This document shows, one piece after another, positions 23,914 to 35,267 of a stretch of 64,000 nucleotides of DNA (its first letter is position 1; each line of letters starts with the position of its first letter). The DNA comes from Mytilus californianus (lineage: Eukaryota): assembly GCF_021869535.1 (NCBI RefSeq), contig NW_026262690.1, positions 186,001-250,000 of the forward strand. The letters are read 5' to 3'. The notes beneath the pieces were generated by a model. It was not told where the DNA came from. It made no database searches and worked only from the letters and a program-made list of their open reading frames with translations. The translations under genes and the position numbers were made by a program.

Positions 23914-26167
23914 CTACGGCAAAGTTCGCCACCGGACATGGCTCAAATGAAAGTTTACAGCTTGGGGAAGGCCCATCTGAACTGTGTTTTGGGGAGTAAA
24001 GCCCATCCAGTATTTGTAGATTTTCAAAGTTGTTGTTATAGAAAAAAAATACGTCTCCACATTACACTCTTTCGGTAAGCTTTGCCAGCTTCGTACGGCA
24101 AAGTTCGCCACCGGACATGGCTCAAATGAAAGGTAATAACTTGGGGATGGCCACACTGGAATGATTTTTTGGGAGTTAGGCCCATTCGAAAATTGTTGGG
24201 GTTCAAAGTTGCTGTTAAGGAAAAAAATACGTATACAACCTACATTCTTTCGGTAAGCCTCGCCAGCTCCGTACGGTAAAGTTCGCCACCGGACATGGCT
24301 CAAATGAAAGGTAATAACTTGGGGATGGCCACACTGGAATGATTTTTTGGGAGTTAGGCCCATTCGAAAATTGTTGGGGTTCAAAGTTGCTGTTAAGGAA
24401 AAAAATACGTATACAACCTACATTCTTTCGGTAAGCCTCGCCAGCTCCGTACGGTAAAGTTCGCCACCGGACATGGCTCAAATGAAAGGTAATAACTTGG
24501 GGATGGCCACACTGGAATGATTTTTTGGGAGTTAGGCCCATTCGAAAATTGTTGGGGTTCAAAGTTGCTGTTAAGGAAAAAAATACGTATACAACCTACA
24601 TTCTTTCGGTAAGCCTCGCCAGCTCCGTACGGTAAAGTTCGCCACCGGACATGGCTCAAATGAAAGGTTATAACTTGGGGATGGCCACACTGGAATGATT
24701 TTTTGGGAGTTAGGCCCATTCGAAAATTGCTGGGGTTCAAAGTTGCTGTTAAGGAAAAAAATACGTATACAACCTACATTCTTTCGGTAAGCCTCGCCAG
24801 CTCCGTACGGTAAAGTTCGCCACCGGACATGGCTCAAATGAAAGGTAATAACTTGGGGATGGCCACACTGGAATGATTTTTTGGGAGTTAGGCCCATTCG
24901 AAAATTGTTGGGGTTCAAAGTTGCTGTTAAGGAAAAAAATACGTATACAACCTACATTCTTTCGGTAAGCCTCGCCAGCTCCGTACGGTAAAGTTCGCCA
25001 CCGGACATGGCTCAAATGAAAGGTAATAACTTGGGGATGGCCACACTGGAATGATTTTTTGGGAGTTAGGCCCATTCGAAAATTGTTGGGGTTCAAAGTT
25101 GCTGTTAAGGAAAAAAATACGTATACAACCTACATTCTTTCGGTAAGCCTCGCCAGCTCCGTACGGTAAAGTTCGCCACCGGACATGGCTCAAATGAAAG
25201 GTAATAACTTGGGGATGGCCACACTGGAATGATTTTTAGGGAGTTAGGCCCATTCGAAAATTGTTGGGGTTCAAAGTTGCTGTTAAGGAAAAAAATACGT
25301 ATACAACCTACATTCTTTCGGTAAGCCTCGCCAGCTCCGTACGGTAAAGTTCGCCACCGGACATGGCTCAAATGAAAGGTAATAACTTGGGGATGGCCAC
25401 ACTGGAATGATTTTTTGGGAGTTAGGCCCATTCGAAAATTGTTGGGGTTCAAAGTTGCTGTTAAGGAAAAAAATACGTATACAACCTACATTCTTTCGGT
25501 AAGCCTCGCCAGCTCCGTACGGTAAAGTTCGCCACCGGACATGGCTCAAATGAAAGGTAATAACTTGGGGATGGCCACACTGGAATGATTTTTTGGGAGT
25601 TAGGCCCATTCGAAAATTGTTGGGGTTCAAAGTTGCTGTTAAGGAAAAAAATACGTATACAACCTACATTCTTTCGGTAAGCCTCGCCAGCTCCGTACGG
25701 TAAAGTTCGCCACCGGACATAGCTCAAATGAAAGGTAATAACTTGGGGATGGCCACACTGGAATGATTTTTGGGAGTTAGGCCCATTCGAAAATTGTTGG
25801 GGTTCAAAGTTGCTGTTAAGGAAAAAAATACGTATACAACCTACATTCTTTCGGTAAGCCTCGCCAGCTCCGTACGGTAAAGTTCGCCACCGGACATGGC
25901 TCAAATGAAAGGTAATAACTTGGGGATGGCCACACTGGAATAATTTTTTGGGAGTTAGGCCCATTCGAAAATTGTTGGGGTTCAAAGTTGCTGTTCAGGA
26001 AAAAAATACGTATACAACCTACATTCTTTCGGTAAGCCTCGCCAGCTCCGTACGGTAAAGTTCGCCACCGGACATGTCTCAAATGAAAGGTAGTAACTTG
26101 GGGATGGCCACACTGGAATGATTTTTTGGGAGTTAGGCCCATTCGAAAATTGTTGGGGTTCAAAGTT
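23914..26167 (-). repeat. 178-bp satellite, subfamily B, inverted array (~12.7 monomers)
   Basis: Exact 178-bp period (ORF starts 24215, 24393, 24571...). Reverse complement of the subfamily A core with a distinct variable segment (ggttgtatacgta, ccttaacagcaactttgaaccccaacaattttc). Confidence 0.97.
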
Positions 26168-27300
26168 GGTAGTTTTTCACTATACATTCTTTGGGAGAGG
26201 AGGGGGGCTTTCCATAAATATTTATATTTATATTTTTCAAATGTTTCTAGCCCTAAGGATACTTTTTTTTATTGATTTAAGAAATATTTCATATAAAATA
26301 CATCTTAAATGTTGTTTTATTGATAAAACTATATTTTACATAAAGAATTATGCAACTGACATAAGGGTTTATATTCGCGGACAACGAGAATTTACGACAG
26401 CTTAAAGGGGTCATAAAACAATTTCCGGGATTTAGAAATCAGGTTAGTAAGTGCTTTCAGTTACTGACGTCATTGGAGTTGGTTTGTCCAACATTCACTT
26501 CTAAGGCTGAACATCTCTGGTCATTTAGACGTTAAAAAACAATATATATCGTATTGGTAGCTAGAATTTCGAAAAAAAGTGGCTGCTATCATTATTGGTA
26601 TTTAAAACGGACTGAAATCCTTTGAGAATCACTACAAGCCGTGAAATTGTCGAATTCCGCAGTTAAATTACATTTAATTTAGATTTTGAGATTTTTGGAA
26701 TGTTTGACTCCGATAAAGTTTTTGGGTTTTTAGACATATCATCAAAATTGGCTGCTGGAAAAAAGTGGCTGCTATCTTGATTGACTGCTAAAAGTGGCTG
26801 CTAGCTTGAGTCTAGTAACTTTAGTATAATGGTTCTTGTAAGGCAAACATTGAGGCAAAACGCCATCTAAGTCCGATGACAACCTTGATTATGATTACAT
26901 ATATCATATTTTGAAAAAAGAGACAAAATAGAGGATCCCTCAGACGGGTTTTACGTATGATTTGTCAACCGTACGTACCTTTCGTCAAATTGTAAGAAAG
27001 CTCTATTAATAAAACTTATAATACGTAACGTAAGTCTAAACATCCACTTTACAGATATTGCATTTTTAGGCAATTAAGCTAAAATAAACCGCAACTTACG
27101 AATGAATAAATAAATCTGATATTGTATTTTTTTTGTAGTTTATAATGACGATGTGCACGGAACAAAATAAAGATTACAATTATTAGTACTTATTTATACT
27201 TATTACATTTTCTTTATTCATTGAAAGCCTGATTTGATTGTTTAAACATGTAAACTGTCAAATATTTATCAGTTTTATCATCTAACTGATGATAAAATGA

Positions 27301-27357
27301 TTGGTAGCTGGTGGCTTTACGTCCAGTAGCATATATTTCATGCATATTCAGGACGAG
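27301..27357 (-). mobile_element. SINE/LINE 3'-tail-like fragment (also + strand at 31424-31478 and 32345-32400)
   Basis: Three dispersed copies of tcgtc..gcatgaaatatttgccactggacgt(t)aa-caa-rich tail. Family assignment is from recall only. Confidence 0.55.
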
Positions 27358-27454
27358 TTTACCATTAAAGAGCATACAAACGATCCAGATGAGTTTTACA
27401 TTTATTTTTTATAATCAGTCTATCATACTATGCACGCCCGTAACGACGCGGGAG

Positions 27455-30400
27455 GGGGTCATATCACAGGTGATATTATAAGTAAAGAAAGGACCGATAG
27501 AGACACTTTCTATGGTGTCTATAGGGAGGGGTCATATCAGCAGGTGATGTTACAAGTAAAGAAAGGGTCGACAGAGACACTTTGTATGGTGCCTAGAGGT
27601 AGGGGTCATATCAGCATGTGATGTTTTATAAGTAAAGAAATGGTCGATAAAGACACTTGCTCAGATGCCTATCGGGAGGTTTTATATCAGCAGGTTATCT
27701 CATAAGTAAAGAAAGGACCGATAGAGACACTTTCTATGGAGCCTATAGGGAGGGTTCATATTAGCAGATGACGTTTTAAGTAAAGAAAGAGTCGATGGAG
27801 ACACTTTCTATAGTGCCTATAGGGAGGGGTCATATCAGCAGGTGATGATACAAGTAAAGAAATGGTCGATGGAGACACTTTATATAGTGCCTAGAGGTAG
27901 GGGTCATATCAGCATGTGATGTTATAAGTAAGGAAATTGTCGATAAAGACACTTTCTATGGTGCCTATAGGTAGGGGTCATACCAGCATATGATGTTAAA
28001 AATAAAGAAATGGTCGATAAAAACACTTGCTAAGATGCATATAGGGAGGGGTCATATCAACAGGTTAAATCATAAGTAAAGAAACGACCGATAGAGACAC
28101 TTTCTATGGTGCCTTTAGTGAGGTGGTCATATCAGCAGGTGATGTAATAGGTAAACAAAGGACCGATAGAGACACTTTCTATGGTGCCTTTAGTGAGGGG
28201 TCATATCGGCAGGTGATGTTATAAGTAAAGAAATGGTCGAAAAAGACACTTGCTAAGATCAATATAGGGAGGGGTCATATCAGCAGGTTATGTCATCAGT
28301 AAAGAATGGACCGATAGAGACACTTTCTATGGTGCCTAACGGGAGGGGGTCATATCAGCAGGTGATGTTATAGGTAAACAAAGGACCGATAGAGACACTT
28401 TCTATGGTGCCTTTAGTGAGGTTTCATATCAGCAGGTGATGTAGTAAGTAAAGAAAGGACCGATAGAGACACTTTCTATGGTGCCTGTAGGGAGGGGTCA
28501 TATCAGCACGTGATGTTATAAGGAATGAAATGGTCGATAAAGACACTTGCTAAGATCAATATAGGGAGAGGTCATATCAGCAGGTTATGTCATAAATAAA
28601 GAAAGGACCGATAGAGACCCTTTTTACGGTGGCTTACGGGAGGGTATCGTATCAACAGGTGATGTTATAAGTAAAGAAAGGACCGATAGAGATACTTTCA
28701 ACGGTGCCTAGCGAGAGGGGGGTCATATCAGCAGGTGATGTTACAAGTAAACAAAGGACCGATAGAGACACTTTCTATAGTGCCTATAGGGAGTGGTCAT
28801 ATCAGCAGGTTATGTTACAAGTAAAGAAAGGGTCAATGGATAGTGCTTAGAGGTAGGGGTCATATCAGCATGTGATGTTATAAGTAAAGAAATGGTCGAT
28901 AAAGACACTTGCTAAGATGCATATAGGGAGGAGTCATATCAGCAGGTTAAATCATAAGTAAAAAAACGACCGATAGAGACACTTTCTATGGTGCCTAACG
29001 GGAGGGGGTCATATCAACAGGTGATGTTATAGGTAAACAAAGGACCGATAGAGACACTTTCTATGGTGCCTTTAGTGAGGGGTCATATCGGCAGGTGATG
29101 TAATAAGTAAACAAAGGACCGATAGAAACACTTTCTATGGTGCTTGTAGGGAGGGGTCATATCAGCAGGTGATGTCATTAGTAAAGAAAGGACCGATAGA
29201 GACACTTTCTATGGTGCCTATAGGTAGGGGTCATATCAGCATGTGATGTTATAAGTAAAGAAATGGTCGAAAAAGACACTTGCTAAGATCAATATAGGGA
29301 GGGGTCATATCAGCAGGTTATGTTATAAGTAAACAAAGGACCGATAGAGACACTTTCTATGGTGCATATAGGTAGGGGTCATATCAGCAGGTGATGTTAC
29401 AAGTGAACAAAGGACCGGTAGAGACACTTTCTATAGTATCTATAGGGAGGGGTCACATCAGCAGGTTATGTTACAAGTAAAGAAAGGGTCAATGGATAGT
29501 GCTTAGAGGTACGGGTCATATCAGCATGTGATGTTATAAGTAAAGAAATGATCGATAAAGGAACTTGCTAAGATGCATTTAGGGAGGGGTCATATCAGCA
29601 GATTATGTCATAGGTAAAGAAAAGACCGATAGAGACACTTTCTTTGGTGCCTAACGGGAGGGGGTCATATCAGCAGGTGATGTTATAAGTAAAAAAAGGA
29701 CCGATACAGACACTTTCTATGGTGCCTTTTGTGAGAGGTTATATCAGCAGGTGATGTTATAAGTAAACAAAGAACCGATAGAGACACTTTCTATGGTGTC
29801 TTTAGTGAGGGATCATACCAGCAGGTGATGTTATAAGCAAAGAAAGGACCGATAGAGACACTTTCTATGTTGCCTTTTCTGAGAGGTTATATCAGCAGGT
29901 GATGTTATAAGTAAACAAAGGACCGATTGAGACACTTTCTATGGTGCCTATAGGAAGGGGTCATATCAGCAGGTGGTGTTATAAGTAAAGAAATGGTCGA
30001 TTGAGACACTTTCTATGGTACCTATAGGTAGGGGTCATATCAGCAGGTGATGTAACAAGTAAAGAAAGGGTCGATAGAGACACTTTCTATTGTGCCTATA
30101 GGAAGGGGTCATATCAGCAGGTGTTGTTAAAAGTAAAGAAAGGGTCGATTGAGACACTTTCTATGGTACCTATAGGTAGGGGTCATATCATCAGGTGATG
30201 TTACAAGTAAAGAAAGGGTCGATAGAGACACTTTCTATGAGGCCTATAGGGAGTGGTTATATCAGCAGGTGATGTTACAAGTAAATAAAAGGACAGATAG
30301 AGACATTTTCTATGGTGCCTTTAGTGAGGGAACATATCAGCAGGTGATGTTATAAGTAAAGAAAGAACCGATAGCGACACTTTCTATGGTGCCTATAGGG

Positions 30401-30730
30401 AGGGGTCATATCAGCGGGTGATGTTACAAGTAAACAAAGGACCGATAGAGACGCTTTCTATGGTGCCTTTAGTGAGGGATCTTATCAGTAGGTGATGTTA
30501 TAAGTAAAGAAAGAACCGATAGAGACACTTGCCAAGATGCCTATAGGGAGGGGTCATATCAGCAGGTGATGTTATAAGTAAAGAAATGGGAGATCGAGAC
30601 ACTTTCTATGGTGCCAACAGGGAGTTGTCATATCAGCAGGGGATGTTTTAAGTAATGAAAGAGCCGATAGATACACGTTCTATGCATATTATAAGTAAAG
30701 ACAGGGCCGATAGAGACACTTTCTATGGTT
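27455..30730. repeat. 74-bp minisatellite, ~44 units, several variant types
   Basis: Unit tagggaggggtcatatcagcaggtgatgttataagtaaagaaaggaccgatagagacactttctatggtgccta. Confidence 0.95.
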
Positions 30731-30939
30731 CACCTTTCACAAGAAAATTACCAAAGGAATTGAGTATAATTATACAACATAATCAACATGTTTAATGCAA
30801 AGATTTTTTTTCATCAGATTTACACCATGATGTCATCTTCAATCATTCTTTATCTCATAATTAGAGCAAATTCCTTCAAGACCCCTTCTTTATAATTTAG
30901 AGATGATATTTGCGTTAAATTTAAACTTTTAATATAAAT

Positions 30940-31207
30940 TATTTAAAGATCTGGCAAAAATCGTACACGTGATAGCGCTTACAAATTCGAATATTCCAAA
31001 GGGGCATAATTCTTTTAAAAATAATTGATCGACACAGATTTTCAAACTTGTCAGCGACAATGTTGATATAAACCTAATACAATGTATGTAAGTTTTATAA
31101 AACATCTGGCAAAAAATTATACGTGAGAGCTAACAAGACCGGACGGAAGGAAGGACGGACGCCCTGTATTTTTATGTCCCAAACAACGCATCGCGCGGGG
31201 ATAAAAA
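30940..31207 (+). mobile_element. pearl/HINE-like non-autonomous element (single core)
   Basis: Core motif aaaggggcataattc...ttcaaacttg, then a (GGAC/GGAA)n microsatellite at 31140-31161, then a 3' hairpin ending ggggataaaa. Confidence 0.65.
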
Positions 31208-34200
31208 AACCAACGAGATCTTAAAATCATTTTAATTTTAGATTCAAATTAATTAGCACTTTGGTCTTCGAGTATGGGTATGCTTTTGGTGTTATGAGTT
31301 TTACATGATGTACAGGTAAAGCTGATAAAAAACGCACCGTTTCACAACTAACAGAATGTTTAACCTTTTTTGACGGCTGCATCAAATGTGTCTTTTGGAC
31401 ACAATTATTTCAAATTGTATTGTATCGTCCCGAAAAAGGATGAAATATTTGCCACTGGACGTTAAGCAACCATCAATAATTCAATTCAAATTGTACTTCA
31501 ACATCACTGTTTCCCAAATCAAATTTTTGAAGCACTTTATTTTATTCATGCATGGACCCATCGGTGATATCACCATTTTCTAGTTTGGAAGGGTTACATT
31601 GAAGATTCGGTTTTGAAAAGCTAAAAGTGCACCCATTTAGGAGTAAGGACGAAATAAAATTAACTCAGTCTAATATTATATTGAATTATTAGGAAATTTA
31701 GGACAGGGGATGAAAATAAAACAAAAACACCATTCAGATCCCGCTACATATTTTTTATTTCAATACCTCTGAATAAAAATAATGTTATTCTGTATTCACA
31801 AACGTCACACATTTTCTGTCAAATTCTAAGCGTATCTGTCAACTTTGAAGCAATGTATCTAATAAAAAAACAAGGATGGGCTTAATATGTGTTTCTTACA
31901 TGCATGGATATAGTATACAATCCTGGGTATTATGTTAGTTTTAGTCTTTCTCCGTATATAAGAACATAGCCATCCATTGAATAATCTAAAAAAAAAAAAT
32001 TAAAAAAAGGCATTTTCCCTATATTAATATGTAAATTTATCGCCAAAATTGACGTTTTCTTATAAATTACAAAAATTAAAAAAAAATGGAGACCCCCATT
32101 TTTTAATTCATATTCCGATGTAACTCGATTCAAAATACCAGTGTACCAAACATTTTAGAAATCGGGAGATATGCCATTTCGGTATCGTTTTACCTTAAGA
32201 ACCCTTAAAAAAATTCTTTGAAGTGTCCTGAGGTGGACTGTTGCAAGGCTAAATTCCAGTTTCTCTATCCAATATTCCCTCAGTTTTCTAGTGGCATTCA
32301 TTTCGACTAAAGACCTTCCTGTTGTATTCATTGTTGATTTGTTATCGTCTTGAGCATGCATGAAATATTTGACACTGGACGTAAAACAAACCACGACCAA
32401 TAAATGTATCATTACTCCTAATATCAGTGTAAATTAAATATACTTCTTCTGCTAGTGCTGTTTGGGATATATGTAGAATTTTAGTACAATGAGTAATTGA
32501 TTATATAAATTTTAATTGGTATACAAGAAAAAAATAAAGCAAATAAACACTGGTGATATAAAGGTTCCTCTATCAAAATATATGTAATGAAAATAAGTCA
32601 TAATTGTATCTATTCATACAAATTTAAAAATACATTTACACCATGATGCCATTGATAGTAAAAGGATACCCTACCTTTATCATGATCACCATAAACGTGG
32701 TCAAATTTCAGAATGCCCCAACCCCAAAAAAATGAACTCTATCGTTTTGCATTAATCATAAAATCATTGCGTAAAATATATCAATTGTATGATTAACTTC
32801 TTTTAGTGGTATTCAAACAATAATCTTTAATTTTCAATTTAAAGAAATATAAGTTAATTTCCTGCTATAAGTTTAAATTATTTCATTTCACTTTTTTAAG
32901 TAACTTTGCAATGATTTTAAAATACATCTTTGATCATCATTGTTTTCCCAAATAATTTATGTACTCTTATTGTGACCTATAATATAGACAAAACTTTAAA
33001 CAGTGTATTCCAAATTTTATAAACCATTTAAATTATACTTTCCTGCGATCTTATATAATTAATTTCTAGCTGTTATTAATCTTAATTAAATTAAGAAAGT
33101 AACATGATATTATTTTTCAATTTAAATTCGGTTAATGTACAAAGGGAAGCAACTTTAGTTGTTCTACATAGGGGCAAAATTGGCAGTGTCTAGACCCTTC
33201 TCATTCTGAATGGATGAAACTAACTTTTAACATAATCAGCTAGAAGTCGGCAAACTTTTTAGAAATTAGCTATTACTTGTTCATAAGTAAGGCTTCAAGT
33301 GGATCCAGGGTTGATATACGGATACTTCCGGGAAATGAATTATCATTGAGATGTCGTCTCCGTGTAACCGGAAATAGATTCTGCAGAGGCATTACTTTAC
33401 GGACAACATTCAAGACATAATGTTGTCCTAAAAAATCAAAACGTCCAAAATGAATTCTCCTGTATTATGTTAAGAATTCATCGGGGAGGGTAGGTAAAAA
33501 TTCCATTGTGTCAGTGTTTAATTTGGTTCAAATTTCGTTTTCGCTGTCTAAATCAGTAATTTCGAATGAAGTGTTACAAAAAGGATTTTGCCACAACGAA
33601 GAAAGGTTATTTTGTCTTTTTGTGTTGTTTTTTCCATTAAATATATCGATACTAGTTGACGTTTACTGAACAGTAGTATTTTTTCCTCCATAATCTTTCT
33701 AAATTTACCATTTTTTATGACAAAAACCTGGACAAAACAGTTATGTGTGATATTAGTACTTTATTATTCTGTTTTAGAAATTAAAGTCAAATGGTGGCAT
33801 GACCATCTTCGAACGGAGTTTATCAATAGTATCCATGGCCACCGTCATTTTACATCAAATTTATGAAAAATTGGAAGGCTTTTCGAATAATTTTCAAGAA
33901 AATGTTTTTAAGTGTTTCAAAATATCATATTGTAAATATATACACTGTAGTTATTCGTAAATAAATTAAAAAAAATAATATTATACCCTTACATCCAATC
34001 ATGCACCGCTCTCCAAAGTTTACTTCCTACACCTGCCTCGGGTACACAAAGGCCAACCGAGAGCCCGGAAACTAGTTTTTCACCTGAAAGCAAGGCACCG
34101 AAATGCTAACCGATACAGTTTATTTTGCCTCATATATATTATGAGTTGAGTTGATAAAGTTTAGTGTAAACAATATTTTATTTTGAAAATAATAACGTAA

Positions 34201-34439
34201 ACATTACAATATGACAGGATTGGAAAACAAGTGAATTTTCACTTTTACAAATTCCTCTCCCATATGATATAATAATAGATGGATGGCGTCAGAAATGTGT
34301 TTTTAACTGAAATAAGAAGTATTTGTTGACCAAATTCACAACTGAACAACAGTGCTATCAAACTACACAGGTATAAATATAAATATAAATTAACGACAAT
34401 TTATTTTATACATAATTATATATCTCAATGCATGTATAT

Positions 34440-34760
34440 GAAATTCACACGAATCTCTTTGTTTTAAGAATAAAATCTTGAATAATGAGAAAGTTATCAG
34501 AATTCTCAATGTCGGACACCAAAGGATTACCATACAGTAAGTTATGTATATTAGGCTGACATGACAAGTTACTCAGCATAAACTCTCTAAGTAATTGGTA
34601 TTGCGGACAACGCAATAAAAAGTGTTCAGATGTTTCAATCTGTCTACATTTACAAAAAGGATCAGTAACTAAATTTTTTCTATACAAATGTTCTTTCAGA
34701 CCACTGCTCTCAGTTCTAATTCTAGCGTGCAAAATTAAAGTTTCATGTAAGATAACAATT
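34440..34760 (-). mobile_element. CR1-type LINE ORF2 C-terminal fragment
   Basis: HARIRTESSGLKEHLYRKNL..PFCKC..IETSEHFLLRCPQY..LLYGN..IQDFILKTKRF: CCHC zinc-finger C-terminus typical of invertebrate CR1-group LINEs. Confidence 0.8.
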
Positions 34761-35115
34761 GACGTTTTAAATCCCGCTGTAACTAGTTTTAATATGTGTG
34801 TTTATTCTAGATTCACAGCGAAATTTCAAAGTATTGTTAGTAGATAAACAAACATTTAAAACATATTAATTTGATAGATCTTCATTTGACTGAAACATAA
34901 TGCTACTTATTCAAATCGTCTATTTACTTTTCTAAACATCCCCATTCGATTCGACTCTATAAAATTCATTATCAATACTTAAGATAATAGTGACCTTCTT
35001 GAACTTAAATGAATAATACATTGTATTAGGAGGCAAACGTAATGGTAATCAGTAGGTTAATCATATACGACACATTTACTTTATCTATGAATATATATAT
35101 CTAGCTGTATGATAA

Positions 35116-35267
35116 ATGGAGGGGAAAGTAGCGTTAGTTACGGGATCTACAAGTGGAATTGGTCTAGGGATTGCAAAGGAACTTCTTAAGAATGGGTGTG
35201 AAGTTATCTTGACTGGCTCAAGAAGTAAAGAAAATGCGACAACAGCTATCAAGGAAGCGAAGGCAAG
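35116..35267 (+). CDS. SDR exon 1 (coding)
   Basis: [24 protein letters not shown]...; donor AAG|GTAAAC; phase 2. Confidence 0.9.

Noticed and set aside
1-26167. CENP-B box in the satellite
   Set aside because: TTCG-containing segments lack the A..CGGG part of the consensus (checked by eye only).
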